From: Candidatus Limnocylindrales bacterium
GTDB taxonomy: Bacteria; Chloroflexota; Limnocylindria; Limnocylindrales; CSP1-4
Direction of reading: 5' to 3'
Length of the DNA: 64,000 bases
NCBI GenBank assembly: GCA_035720425.1
Contig: DASTOB010000120.1
Coordinates: forward strand, 229 to 64,228
Shown here piece after piece: positions 17,098 through 26,825 of this stretch. The first letter of the stretch is position 1. Every line of letters starts with the position of its first letter. Position numbers and translations under genes: made by a program. The notes below the pieces were generated by a model. It worked only from the letters and a program-made list of their open reading frames with translations, was not told where the DNA came from and made no database searches.

Positions 17098-18500
17098 CGG
17101 TCCTCCTCGAGCGCGCCCTGGGCGAGCAGGAGCAGCGTCGGCCGGTCGTTGAGCGCCGGGTCGGCGATGACCCGCTCGAGCAGGTCGTCGAGCAGGCGCC
17201 CGATCAGGGGACCGGGCGACAGCCCGAGCTCGGTGATGAGATCGCCGCCGTCAACCTGGAGGTCCGCCCGGTCGAGCGCGACCTCCGCCGCGAGCTGTTC
17301 GTCGATCCGGCGGCGCAGCTCGCCGAGCCCGCCCGCGTCGGCCGGCCTGCCGCTCCCGACGTTGTCGGCCGCGCGGAGGTCGAGTAGCTCGTCCAGGGCA
17401 GGAAGTCCGACCTTGCCGATGAACCGCCGGACCGCCGCGTCGCTCCACCCCGAGTCGTACATGAACATGTGCTGGCGGATCAGCTGCACGACCCGATCGA
17501 TCACCGCCCGCGGCAGGCGCAGCCGACCGAGGATCGCCTCGGCCATCTCCGCGCCGACGGCGTCGTGCCCGTAGAAGTGCCCGTCCGCGGCGGTCGCCGG
17601 CTTGCCGATGTCGTGGAGCAGCGCCGCCCATCGGACGATCGGCCGATCCGCGGCGGCGGCGTCGACCGACCGAAGGGTGTGGTCCCACAGGTCATCGCCG
17701 GGGACCTTGTTCTGGGCGACGCCGCGCTCCGCGGCGAGCTCCGGAAGGAGCTCCCGGAGCAACCCGCTTGTCTCCATGAGTCGGAGGCCGGTCGACGGCG
17801 CCGGTGCGGCGAGCAGGCGAGCCATCTCCGCCGCGACCCGTTCGCCGGACAGGTGACGGGCAAGCTCCGCACGGGCCGCGATCGCCTCGAGCGTGGCCGG
17901 CTCGATCGTGAAGTCGAGCACGGTGGCGAGGCGGACGGCGCGGAGCATCCGCAGCGCGTCCTCGTCGAAGCGGCGGATCGGGTCACCGACGGCGCGGAGG
18001 GTGCGCGTCGCGAGGTCGGCTCGTCCGTCGAACGGGTCGACGATGGCGGGCTTCCCGCTGCCGTCGGCCTTCGCCGCGCCGCGGTCGCCCGTTCGTCCCC
18101 AGGCGATGGCGTTGACGGTGAAGTCCCGGCGAGCGAGATCGGGCTCGATGTCGTCGCCGAACTCGACCCGGTGGGGGCGCCGGAAGTCCGCGTAGTCGTG
18201 GTCAGACCGAAACGTAGTGATCTCGAACACGTCGTCATCGCGCCGCACGGCGACGGTCCCGAAGCGGTTCTCGTAGACCGAGCCGGGGAACGCCTCGACG
18301 ATCTGCTCCGGGCGGGCGCTCGTCGCGAGGTCCCAGTCCGCTGCGGGTCGGCCGAGGAGTGCGTCGCGCACGGAGCCGCCGACGACGAACGCGTCATGAC
18401 CGGCCGCCCACAACGTCCCGAGCAGGTCCAGCACCGCCGGCGGAACGGCAATCGCGTCGGGTTCGCCGGGGAGCGGCGCGGCGTGACTCGGCCGGTCCAT
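17094..18500 (-). CDS. cca: CCA tRNA nucleotidyltransferase / poly(A) polymerase family protein with HD domain
   Basis: FVVGGSVRDALLG...DWDLAT, RFGTV, EITTFR, DLARRDFTVNAIA, RFDEDALRMLRAVR, ALLHDIGK. Start re-assigned to ATG 18500. Confidence 0.9.
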   Translation of the reverse strand: MDRPSHAAPLPGEPDAIAVPPAVLDLLGTLWAAGHDAFVVGGSVRDALLGRPAADWDLATSARPEQIVEAFPGSVYENRFGTVAVRRDDDVFEITTFRSDHDYADFRRPHRVEFGDDIEPDLARRDFTVNAIAWGRTGDRGAAKADGSGKPAIVDPFDGRADLATRTLRAVGDPIRRFDEDALRMLRAVRLATVLDFTIEPATLEAIAARAELARHLSGERVAAEMARLLAAPAPSTGLRLMETSGLLRELLPELAAERGVAQNKVPGDDLWDHTLRSVDAAAADRPIVRWAALLHDIGKPATAADGHFYGHDAVGAEMAEAILGRLRLPRAVIDRVVQLIRQHMFMYDSGWSDAAVRRFIGKVGLPALDELLDLRAADNVGSGRPADAGGLGELRRRIDEQLAAEVALDRADLQVDGGDLITELGLSPGPLIGRLLDDLLERVIADPALNDRPTLLLLAQGALEEDR

Positions 18501-18514
18501 GAGCCGGACGCCGG

Positions 18515-19030
18515 TCAGTTTCGGCCGAGGAACAGGTACGACCGCCAGGCCTCGTTCCGATCGTCCGCGAGGTAGGGAGTGAACATCGAGTACACGTCGC
18601 TGCGCGGCTCGAACGGCATGCGCACGAGCCGGAAGCGCACCTCGTCGAGCAGCTTCCCGCCCTTTCGGTGGTTGCACGCCTTGCACACCGTCACGAGGTT
18701 CTCCCACGTGTGGCCGCCGCCGCGGTGGCGCGGCACGATGTGGTCGAGGGTCAGGTCGTGCGTCTGCCGGCCGCAGTACTGGCAGGTGTGGTGGTCCCGG
18801 GCGAACACTTCGCGCCGGCTCAGCTTGACCCGCGGGCGCGGCCGCCGGATCTGGTGCTGGAGTCGGATCACCGACGGGGCGCGGAACTCCGTCCGCGGCG
18901 TCCGGATCACCTGGTGGTCGTACTCGATCACTTCCGCCTTCTCGCCGAACAGGAGGCGGAAGGCGCGGGGCAGGTTACAGACGTTGAGCGGCTCGTAGTT
19001 CTGATTCAGCACGAGAACCACGCCGTCCAT
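18515..19030 (-). CDS. HNH endonuclease family protein
   Basis: VLVLNQNYEPL, PSVIRL, CQYCG...TLDHIVPRHRGG...WENLVTVCKACNHRKG. Confidence 0.92.
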   Translation of the reverse strand: MDGVVLVLNQNYEPLNVCNLPRAFRLLFGEKAEVIEYDHQVIRTPRTEFRAPSVIRLQHQIRRPRPRVKLSRREVFARDHHTCQYCGRQTHDLTLDHIVPRHRGGGHTWENLVTVCKACNHRKGGKLLDEVRFRLVRMPFEPRSDVYSMFTPYLADDRNEAWRSYLFLGRN

Positions 19031-19131
19031 GCGCGACGCATGCTAGCGCACGCACGCGACGCGCGAGGCGAACGCGGCCGACACCCCACGACGCGCGTCC
19101 GCCCGGGGCGCTGCCCGCGACCGGCCGTGCG

Positions 19132-20058
19132 CTACGCGCGGCCGATGGGGGCACCGGTTGCCGGGTCCCAGCCCCCGGCCTGCCCCACCTTGGACGCGAG
19201 CGGTCGGCCCAGCGCATCGGCGATGAATCGGGCGGCTGCGAGGACGCCCCCGAGGTCCACGCCGTGGCGCCAGCCCGACGCGTCGAGGAAGTAGACGAGA
19301 TCCTCGGTGGCGAGGTTGCCGGCCGCGCCAGGAGCGTACGGGCAGCCGCCCGTGCCGCCGGTCGACGCATCGAAGCAGCGCACCCCGGCGGCGAGGCCCG
19401 CCGCGACGTTCGCGAGCGCCGTCCCGCGCGTGTCGTGGAAATGGAGCGCGATCCGGTCTGGGCCGATCCCGGCCGCGACGGCCTGCCGGACGAGCTCCGA
19501 CACCCGGTCGGGGACGCCGACGCCGATCGTGTCGCCGAAGCAGATCTCCTCGGCGCCGGCCTCGAGGAGCCCGACGCCGACGGCGACGGCGCGGGCCGGA
19601 TCGACGCGGCCGCTGAACGGGCAGCCGAAGGCGGTCGACACGTAGGCGCGGCGCCACCAGCCGAGACTGGCCGCGCGGGCGAGGATGGGCGCGAAGATGG
19701 CGAGGCTCTCATCGACGGTCATGCCGATGTTGCGGCTCGTGAACGCGTCCGTCGCCGCGGTGAACACGGCGATCGCGTCGACGGCCGCCGCCTCCGCCCG
19801 GGCGAGGCCCCGTTCGTTCGGGACGAGCACCGGATAGCGGACGCCCGGGCGTCGGTCGAGTCGGGCCAGCAGGTCGTCGGCGTCGGCGAGCTGCGGGATG
19901 GCACGGGGGGACACGAAGCTCGTCGTCTCGATCTCGGTCAGCCCGGCATCGGCGAGGAGGTCGATGAAGCGGGCCTTGACCGCGGTCGAGACGGGCAGCC
20001 CCTCGTTCTGGAGCCCGTCGCGGGGTCCGACCTCGTAGATCCGGACCCGGTCGTTCAC
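19132..20058 (-). CDS. hmgL: Hydroxymethylglutaryl-CoA lyase
   Basis: EVGPRDGLQNE, STAFGCPFSG, GDTIGVG, LHFHDTRG, GGTGGCPYAPGAAGNLATED. Confidence 0.95.
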   Translation of the reverse strand: MNDRVRIYEVGPRDGLQNEGLPVSTAVKARFIDLLADAGLTEIETTSFVSPRAIPQLADADDLLARLDRRPGVRYPVLVPNERGLARAEAAAVDAIAVFTAATDAFTSRNIGMTVDESLAIFAPILARAASLGWWRRAYVSTAFGCPFSGRVDPARAVAVGVGLLEAGAEEICFGDTIGVGVPDRVSELVRQAVAAGIGPDRIALHFHDTRGTALANVAAGLAAGVRCFDASTGGTGGCPYAPGAAGNLATEDLVYFLDASGWRHGVDLGGVLAAARFIADALGRPLASKVGQAGGWDPATGAPIGRA

Positions 20059-20092
20059 GTGGCGCGTGGCTGGTCGCTCGTCGGCCGCCGGC

Positions 20093-20359
20093 TCAGACGA
20101 GCGGCGGGTCCATGGCCCGTTCGAGGCGGGCGATCTCGACCTCGATCCGGCCGATCAGATCGACCGCCGCGCGATGCTCCGGGCTGTTGAGTGGCGCGGC
20201 GTTGCGCCGCCGGCGCGTCTCGGCGTGCAGCGCGAGGAGCTCGGCGCGTGAGCCCGGCAGCGGTGTGCGGTCGCTGCCGCGCTCAGCGGACGTGGCGGAC
20301 CCCTCCGCGGCGTGCTTCGACCCGTGCCCGTGGCCGCCCTTGTGCTTGTCCTTCGCCAT
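20093..20359 (-). CDS. Small hypothetical protein with Lys/His-rich N-terminus
   Basis: GGAGG RBS upstream of ATG 20359. MAKDKHKGGHGHGSKH...helical C-terminus. Fills the operon gap. Confidence 0.6.
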   Translation of the reverse strand: MAKDKHKGGHGHGSKHAAEGSATSAERGSDRTPLPGSRAELLALHAETRRRRNAAPLNSPEHRAAVDLIGRIEVEIARLERAMDPPLV

Positions 20360-20429
20360 CGGCGAATCGCCCTCCGTCAGTCGTCGCTGGCGCCAAGGGT
20401 AGCGCGGTCGGCGCCGCTCCGGGCTCTGC

Positions 20430-22442
20430 TCACGGCTCAACGACGGCGAGGACCATCTGCCGCGCGACCTGGTCGCCGGGCAACACGGCGATGCTCGTCA
20501 CCCGGCCGGCGATCGGGGCCGCGACGGCGTGCTCCATCTTCATCGCCTCGAGGGTCACGAGCGGGTCGCCGGCGTCGACCGTCGATCCGGGCGTGACATG
20601 GACGGCGATGACCGATCCGGGCATCGGCGCAAGCACGTCGATCGGACCCCCGTCGTGGGCATGGGCGGCCGCCCGCCGCGCCGCCCGGTCGACGTCCGGC
20701 GGAGGGGCCAGCGCGAAGGCGACCGATCGGCCGCCGACGTCGACGTGGACGACTCCGTCCGGTCCGACCGCGACCACCGGCGCGTCGTCGACCGCGACCG
20801 CCGGGACGGCCACCGCGCGCTCGACGCCGCCGCCGTCGGCGACGAGCCGCGCGACGGGCGGACCGTTGAGCCGCCAGCCACCGCCGACGGCGCGGGCGGC
20901 AGCCGTCCACGCCTCGTCCGGCAGGGCGACCCGCGTCGGCCAGTCGTCCGGCGGCCAGATCCGCTCGAGCGTGTCGATCCGCGCCCGCCCGCTTGCCACG
21001 GCGTCGCTTCGGACCAGCCAGCGCAGGAAGCGCAGGTTCGTGACGAGACCCAGGACGACCGTCTCGTCGAGGGCCGTCGCGAGGCGCGAGAGCGCGGTCG
21101 GCCGATCCGGGCCGTGGGCGACGATCTTCGCGAGCATCGGATCGAACCGGCCGCCGACGACGTCCCCCTCGGTGATCCCGGCGTCGACGCGGATGCCCTC
21201 GCCGCCCGGCCAGCGAAGCCGCTCGACCCGCCCGGTCGACGGCAGGAACCCGGCTTCGGCGTCCTCGGCGTACAGGCGGACCTCGACGGCGTGCCCGGTG
21301 GCGCGGACGTCGGCCTGGACGAGCCCCAGCGGCTCGCCGGCCGCGATCCGGAGCTGATCGGCGACGAGATCCCGCCCGGTCACGGCCTCGGTGATCGGAT
21401 GCTCCACCTGGAGCCGGGCGTTGACCTCGAGGAAGTGGAAGGCGCCGCGGTCGTCGAGCAGGAACTCGACGGTTCCCGCGCTCACGTACCCGACCGACCG
21501 GGTGATCGTCAACGCGGCCTCGCCGAGTCGCGCCCGGAGCTCCGGGTCGACCGCGCTCGACGGCGTCTCCTCGAGGATCTTCTGGTGTCGCCGCTGGAGC
21601 GAACAGTCGCGCTCGCCCATGTGGATGCCGTGGCCGTATTGATCGAACAGGACCTGGACCTCGACGTGTCGCGCGTTCTCGACGAGGCGCTCGAGGATGA
21701 GCCGGTCGTCCCCGAAGGCGGCCTGTGCCTCGCGCCGCGCACCGGCGAGCGAATCCCGCAGCCGGGCACGGTCCCGGACGATGCGCATGCCCTTGCCGCC
21801 ACCCCCGGCGGCGGGCTTGACCATGAGCGGGAGCCCGATCCGCCGGGCCTGCCGGTCGAGCGCCGCGTCCGACTGGGCGGCGCCGTCATAGCCGTAGACG
21901 ACGGGGACGCCGAGACGACTGGCGATGCGTCGCGCCGCGGCCTTGTCGCCGACGGCGCGGATCGCAGCCGGCGGTGGGCCCACCCAGTTCAGCCCGGCCG
22001 CCTCGACCGCCGCGGCGAAGTCGGCGCTCTCGGCAAGGAACCCGAAGCCGGGGTGGACGGCGTCTGCGCCCGACGCGACCGCGGCCCGGACCACGGCGTC
22101 CGCGTCGAGCAGGTCGAGCGCGTCGGGCCCGTTCGTGTTCGGGAGGACGGCCCGGACCCCCTGGCGATGGCAAGTGCGCTCGATCCGGGCGGCGATCTCG
22201 CCGCGGTTCGCGACGAACAGGGTGCGGATCGGCGAGGCGCTCGTCGCGGGCGCTGCAGGCCTCGCGGGCGCCTCGGCCGGTCCGGTTTCGCGTGCGAATG
22301 CGTCAATTGCGTCAGATGCGACACGCCAGCGCCCCCCGATGCGGCGCGCAGGCAGGCGACCGGTCGCGATCCAGCGCTGGACGGACCGTGTCGTCGCACC
22401 GAGACGAGCCGCCGCCTCGCGCGGGCCGAGTTCGTCGGTCAT
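20430..22442 (-). CDS. Biotin-dependent acyl-CoA (methylcrotonyl-CoA-like) carboxylase alpha subunit with N-terminal excisionase-type HTH
   Basis: HTH LGPREAAARLGATTRSVQRWIATGRLPARRIGGRWRV. Biotin carboxylase ANRGEIA, HPGFGFLAES, KPAAGGGGKG, ERDCSLQRRHQK, EVNARLQVEH. Biotin site LEAMKME. Confidence 0.92.
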   Translation of the reverse strand: MTDELGPREAAARLGATTRSVQRWIATGRLPARRIGGRWRVASDAIDAFARETGPAEAPARPAAPATSASPIRTLFVANRGEIAARIERTCHRQGVRAVLPNTNGPDALDLLDADAVVRAAVASGADAVHPGFGFLAESADFAAAVEAAGLNWVGPPPAAIRAVGDKAAARRIASRLGVPVVYGYDGAAQSDAALDRQARRIGLPLMVKPAAGGGGKGMRIVRDRARLRDSLAGARREAQAAFGDDRLILERLVENARHVEVQVLFDQYGHGIHMGERDCSLQRRHQKILEETPSSAVDPELRARLGEAALTITRSVGYVSAGTVEFLLDDRGAFHFLEVNARLQVEHPITEAVTGRDLVADQLRIAAGEPLGLVQADVRATGHAVEVRLYAEDAEAGFLPSTGRVERLRWPGGEGIRVDAGITEGDVVGGRFDPMLAKIVAHGPDRPTALSRLATALDETVVLGLVTNLRFLRWLVRSDAVASGRARIDTLERIWPPDDWPTRVALPDEAWTAAARAVGGGWRLNGPPVARLVADGGGVERAVAVPAVAVDDAPVVAVGPDGVVHVDVGGRSVAFALAPPPDVDRAARRAAAHAHDGGPIDVLAPMPGSVIAVHVTPGSTVDAGDPLVTLEAMKMEHAVAAPIAGRVTSIAVLPGDQVARQMVLAVVEP

Positions 22443-22455
22443 GGATGGCGCGATT

Positions 22456-22499
22456 GTCGCACGCCGAGGCGCCTACGTCGCACGCCGAGGGCTACGTCG
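22456..22499. repeat. Direct repeat GTCGCACGCCGAGG (21-bp period) upstream of the HTH-carboxylase gene
   Basis: Copies at 22456-22469 and 22477-22490, each followed by ...CTACGTCG. Confidence 0.8.
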
Positions 22500-23316
22500 G
22501 GTCGTCCGGGGCCCACCCTGGACGGCGCCGTTCGCTGAACGCCCGAAAGCCCTCCTGCGCCTCGTCCGACACGCGCTGGCGCGCGATGACCCGGGCCGTG
22601 TGCCACTTGGCCGACCCGTGACCGAGCCCGCGGACCTCCCGCACGATCGCCTTCGCGGCGCGCGCGGCGGTTGGGCCGGCGGCAAGGACGTCGGCGACCG
22701 CGCCCTCGATCGCCGCGTCGAGCGCGGCCGTGCCCTCGACCACCTCGTGGACGAGCCCGATCCGCTGGGCGCGGACGGCATCGAACCGGCGACCGCCGGG
22801 GAACAGCGCGCGGGCGTGGGTCTCCCCGATCTTGGCCACGACGAAGGGAGCGATGACCGCCGGCAGGATGCCGAGTCGCGTCTCCGTGAAGCCGAACCGC
22901 GCGCCACTCTCCGCGATCACCACGTCCGACACGGCGCACAGCCCCATCCCGCCGCCGAGCGCGGCACCGTGGACCCGCGCGATGACCGGCACGGGAGACG
23001 TGTCGATCGCCTCGAACATGTCGGCCATGGCCATCGCGTCCTGCTCATTGCCCTCGACGTCGAGCGACATGGCGGCGCGCATCCAGGCGATGTCGGCGCC
23101 GGCGCAAAAGGACGGCCCGTCGCCGGCGAGCACGACCACCCGCAGGGACGTGGGCGCCTCGCGCGCGAGGGCGGAGAAGGTCGCCCGCAGGTCCGCGATG
23201 AGCGACGCGTCGAACGCGTTGTGGACGTTTGGCCGGGCGAGCGTGACGCGGGCCACGGACCCGTCGGGTCCGGATCGCTCGAGGCGCACGGCGTCGGGTG
23301 GCGTCACGCCGGTCAT
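22492..23316 (-). CDS. Enoyl-CoA hydratase/crotonase, methylglutaconyl-CoA hydratase-like
   Basis: VTLARPNVHNAFD, FCAGADIAWM, VHGAALGGGMGL, FGFTETRLGILPAVI. Context between the carboxylase subunits and HMG-CoA lyase. Start is ATG 23316 or GTG 23307. Confidence 0.88.
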   Translation of the reverse strand: MTGVTPPDAVRLERSGPDGSVARVTLARPNVHNAFDASLIADLRATFSALAREAPTSLRVVVLAGDGPSFCAGADIAWMRAAMSLDVEGNEQDAMAMADMFEAIDTSPVPVIARVHGAALGGGMGLCAVSDVVIAESGARFGFTETRLGILPAVIAPFVVAKIGETHARALFPGGRRFDAVRAQRIGLVHEVVEGTAALDAAIEGAVADVLAAGPTAARAAKAIVREVRGLGHGSAKWHTARVIARQRVSDEAQEGFRAFSERRRPGWAPDDPT

Positions 23317-23342
23317 GCTACGCCCGCTCGATCGACGGAGAG

Positions 23343-23846
23343 CTACTCCCGCGCCGGTCTCTCGACCGCGACCGAATCGCCGGTCGCCACGGGTCCCTCG
23401 GCAACGACGCTCGCGTACCACCGCGAGTCCTGCGGATTCGTCTTGGGCGAGATGCGGGCAATGCGCCGCTCGACGAACCAGTGTGCGATCGTCTGACACG
23501 GCGCGGCGTGGGCGGTGAGCTCGAGGACAAGCCCATCCGCGCCGATCACGAGGCGATCGCCGGCGCGCAACCCGCCGAGCTCGATGCCCTCGAGGGTCAG
23601 GTTCTCGCCGAACGCGCCGGGGAACGCGCGGTGACCGTCGGCCGCAACGCGGGCGATCGACTCGACGGAGAAGAGACTGACCGCCTGGTCGTGCCCGCCA
23701 TGCGTCGGCTCCGGCTCGGCGTGCGCGTCCGTATCGAGGCCACCGGCGCCGACCCACGCGCGCGGAATCGGACGCTTCGGGACGCCGCCGGGCGAGACGT
23801 TGACCGAGGCGATGCGACCTACCGTTCGGGTTTTTGCGTGCTCCAC
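23343..23846 (-). CDS. MOSC-domain protein (YiiM-like)
   Basis: SVNVSPGGVPK, HGGHDQAV, PGAFGENLTLEG, APCQTI. GTG 23846 is preceded by TACGAT-N6. Confidence 0.85.
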   Translation of the reverse strand: MEHAKTRTVGRIASVNVSPGGVPKRPIPRAWVGAGGLDTDAHAEPEPTHGGHDQAVSLFSVESIARVAADGHRAFPGAFGENLTLEGIELGGLRAGDRLVIGADGLVLELTAHAAPCQTIAHWFVERRIARISPKTNPQDSRWYASVVAEGPVATGDSVAVERPARE

Positions 23847-23863
23847 GCGCGGATCGTACCGGT

Positions 23864-24406
23864 TCAGGGCTCGACGAGGACCTCGATCGAGACCTCGAGG
23901 TCGTGTGCCTCGCCGCCACAGTCGCCGAGGTAGGCATCGAAGCGGGCGCTGATCCGCCACCGGCCGGCGGGAAGGCTGAGCACGCGATCCTGGTACCAGG
24001 CGAGGTCGAACCCGACGCCGGGCTCGTCGGAAATCGCACCCGACTTGGCGAATGCGACCGCAACCGGTTGGCCCGCGACGACATCGGTCGACAGGCACGG
24101 CATGTCCATGCCGCCCTCCATGCCCCGGCGCCCGCCGATCTCCTCGATCCGGAACCCCACCGGGCTCGCGGCGTGGAAGACCCGCTCGCCCGCCTTCGGC
24201 CCCAGGTACGTGTAGGTCGTCAGCACCGCGATGGGCTGGCCCGCGCGGTAGATCGACCGCTCGAGTGTCATCGTCAGGGCGAACGTCGCGTCGCGGGCGG
24301 TGTCGGACGGCGCGATGGGAACGAACGTGTTCGGGCTGGCGTTCCCGGCGCACGCCGCGACCGCGAGCACGGCGCCGAGCACGGCAGCGAGACGGACCCG
24401 ATGCAT
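23864..24406 (-). CDS. Hypothetical lipoprotein
   Basis: [18 protein letters not shown]|C lipobox. TGATG coupling to the carboxyltransferase stop codon. Confidence 0.7.
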   Translation of the reverse strand: MHRVRLAAVLGAVLAVAACAGNASPNTFVPIAPSDTARDATFALTMTLERSIYRAGQPIAVLTTYTYLGPKAGERVFHAASPVGFRIEEIGGRRGMEGGMDMPCLSTDVVAGQPVAVAFAKSGAISDEPGVGFDLAWYQDRVLSLPAGRWRISARFDAYLGDCGGEAHDLEVSIEVLVEP

Positions 24407-26013
24407 CACATCCGGAAGACGCCGAAGCGTGTCTCCGGGATCCTTGCGTGGAGGGCTGCCTCGATGCCGAGGCTCACCACCCGCCGCGTCTCGAGCGGAT
24501 CGATGATCCCGTCGTCCCACAGCCGCGCCGTCGCGAAGTACGGGTTGCCCTCTCGCTCGTACGTGTCGAGGATCGGCGCCTCGAACGCGTCGCGTTCCGC
24601 GTCGCTTGCCCAGCCACCGCGGACCGTCGACAGGACGCGCGCCGCCTGGGCGCCGCCCATCACGCTGATCCGGGCGTTCGGCCAGGTCCACAGGAAGCGC
24701 GGTCCGTAGGCTCGTCCCGCCATCGCGTAGTTCCCGGCCCCGAAGCTGCCGCCGACGATGACGGTGAACTTCGGCACCTCCGCGCACGCCACGGCGGTGA
24801 CGAGCTTGGCCCCGTCCTTCGCGATGCCCCCGGCCTCGTACTCGCGGCCGACCATGAAGCCGGTGATGTTCTGGAGGAACACGAGCGGGATGCGCCGCTG
24901 CGCGGCGAGCTCGATGAAGTGGGCGCCCTTGAGGGCCGACTGGCTGAACAGGATGCCGTCGTTGGCGAGGATCGCGACCGGGTAGCCGTCGAGATGGGCG
25001 AAGCCGGTCACGAGGGTCTCGCCGTAGAGCGGCTTGAACTCGTGGAAGCGACTCCCGTCGACGAGGCGGGCGATGAGTTCGCGGACGTCGACCGAGCGGC
25101 GTGGGTCGGCCGACACGGCGGCGTACAGCCCGGCCGGGCCGGTCGCGTTGACGGCGGGGTCCTCCGGCGGGCGGCGCTCCCACGGCGGGGTCGGGGGCCG
25201 ACGCTCCAGGTGCCGAACGATCGAGCGCCCGAGCGCGATCGCGTGCTCGTCGTCGAGCGCCTCGTGGTCGGCCACCCCGGACGTCCGGGCGTGGACGTCC
25301 GCCCCGCCGAGGTCCTCGGCGCTCACATCCTCACCGGTGGCCGCCTTCACGAGCGGCGGGCCGCCGAGGAAGATCGTGCCGGTGCCGCGGACGATGACCG
25401 TCTCGTCACTCATCGCCGGGACGTACGCGCCGCCGGCGGTGGAGCTGCCCATGACGAGCGCGACCTGCGGGATCCCGGCGGCCGACATCCGCGCCTGGTT
25501 GTAGAAGATGCGCCCGAAGTGCTCGCGGTCCGGGAAGACGTCCGCCTGGAGCGGCAGGTAGGCGCCGCCGCTGTCGACCAGGTAGACGCACGGGAGTCGG
25601 TTCTCGAGGGCGATCTCCTGGGCGCGCAGGTGTTTCTTGACCGTGATCGGGAAGTACGTCCCACCCTTCACCGTGGCGTCGTTGGCGACGACCACGCACA
25701 TCGTCTGCTCGATCCGGCCGATGCCGGTCACGATGCCGGCACCGGGCGCCTCGTCGTCGTACAGGCCGTTCGCCGCGAGGGCGCTCAGCTCGAGGAACGG
25801 TGCGCCGGGATCGATCAGGCGGTCGATCCGCTCGCGCACGGGCAGCTTGCCGCGCTCGCGGTGGCGCTCGATCGAGCGGTCGTCGCCCCCCGCGCCGCGT
25901 GCCGTCAGCGCCTCCGTCCTCGCCCGGAGCTCCGCGACGAGGGCCGACATCGCCGCGTGGTTGGCGCGCGCCTCCGGGCTCGCAGGGTCCAGCCGGCTGC
26001 GCAGGACGGGCAT
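24406..26013 (-). CDS. Methylcrotonyl-CoA carboxylase-like beta (carboxyltransferase) subunit
   Basis: [83 protein letters not shown]-terminus. Start ATG 26013. Confidence 0.93.
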   Translation of the reverse strand: MPVLRSRLDPASPEARANHAAMSALVAELRARTEALTARGAGGDDRSIERHRERGKLPVRERIDRLIDPGAPFLELSALAANGLYDDEAPGAGIVTGIGRIEQTMCVVVANDATVKGGTYFPITVKKHLRAQEIALENRLPCVYLVDSGGAYLPLQADVFPDREHFGRIFYNQARMSAAGIPQVALVMGSSTAGGAYVPAMSDETVIVRGTGTIFLGGPPLVKAATGEDVSAEDLGGADVHARTSGVADHEALDDEHAIALGRSIVRHLERRPPTPPWERRPPEDPAVNATGPAGLYAAVSADPRRSVDVRELIARLVDGSRFHEFKPLYGETLVTGFAHLDGYPVAILANDGILFSQSALKGAHFIELAAQRRIPLVFLQNITGFMVGREYEAGGIAKDGAKLVTAVACAEVPKFTVIVGGSFGAGNYAMAGRAYGPRFLWTWPNARISVMGGAQAARVLSTVRGGWASDAERDAFEAPILDTYEREGNPYFATARLWDDGIIDPLETRRVVSLGIEAALHARIPETRFGVFRM

Positions 26014-26033
26014 ATCCCAATCATTGTGCCGCC

Positions 26034-26654
26034 TCAGGCTGAGCCGGGGCGTCCCCGGCTCGCGGCGCCCGCCGCCGCGACTGCGCCGCCGAAGAGTGCG
26101 GCCGCGACGAGCACGCCGCGGGCCGTGAACTCGCCTCCGTCGCAGCCGGCAGCCACCGGTCCTCCAGGTCCCCCGAGCGGACGTGCGGCGTCCGCCTCGG
26201 ACACGACCCGGTAGTCCATGCCGGCGGCCGTCTCGAAGGCGAGCCAACACCGGGTCTCGGTATTCAGGATCAGCGCGAAGAGCGAGCCTCCTGCGAGGAC
26301 AGCCGCGGCCATCGCCGCTAGCCACGAAGTGGGGCGGCTTGCAGGCGGAGCGGCGCGTGCCGCCACGAGAAACAAGAGCGCCGGCACGACGATCGGCATC
26401 GTCGCGACGGAGAGGACGCTTACCGGGATGCACGATCCCGCCGCGGCGACGAGTGCGGCGCGGCTGCGCCGGGCGACGCCGATCGCGCCGATGACCGCGG
26501 GTCCCAGCATGATCAGGCCCAGGACAAGCCAGTGTGGGATCGCTTCGGCCGGCTCGGTGCGGCCCGCCTGTGCAGCCACCACGGCAGGGACGAGCGCGAT
26601 CACGACGCTGCCGCCGATCGCGGCGACGCCAGGGGACCGGAGCGAGTCCACCAT
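26034..26654 (-). CDS. Hypothetical multi-pass membrane protein
   Basis: Several hydrophobic helices. AGGAG RBS before ATG 26654. Confidence 0.7.
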   Translation of the reverse strand: MVDSLRSPGVAAIGGSVVIALVPAVVAAQAGRTEPAEAIPHWLVLGLIMLGPAVIGAIGVARRSRAALVAAAGSCIPVSVLSVATMPIVVPALLFLVAARAAPPASRPTSWLAAMAAAVLAGGSLFALILNTETRCWLAFETAAGMDYRVVSEADAARPLGGPGGPVAAGCDGGEFTARGVLVAAALFGGAVAAAGAASRGRPGSA

Positions 26655-26661
26655 CGTTTCT

Positions 26662-26683
26662 CCTGCTACTCCCAAGTAGCAGG
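26662..26683. promoter_or_regulatory. Perfect inverted repeat CCTGCTACT-N4-AGTAGCAGG overlapping the RBS of the membrane-protein gene
   Basis: 9-bp arms at 26662-26670 and 26675-26683. Confidence 0.55.
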
Positions 26684-26775
26684 TTCATACGCCTATAAAC
26701 GTGATCCTGTCAAGTCGCACGTTTTGGGATCGACGGGGGCAGAGCCTGGTCCGTTTGACGCGCGTCGAGAGGCAT

Positions 26776-26797
26776 GTGATGATGCAAACGTCATCAC
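26776..26797. promoter_or_regulatory. Inverted repeat GTGATGA-N8-TCATCAC, putative XRE operator
   Basis: 28 nt upstream of the XRE gene, in an AT-richer intergenic region. Confidence 0.5.
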
Positions 26798-26825
26798 GCG
26801 CCAGACAGCAATCGGAGTCGTTCGT

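Noticed and set aside
18515-19030. Homing endonuclease or mobile intron
   Set aside because: Free-standing gene of the common short HNH family with host-like GC. It does not interrupt any gene.
22300-22442. Prophage or ICE excisionase
   Set aside because: The HTH is in frame with the carboxylase, and there is no integrase, att site or phage gene nearby.
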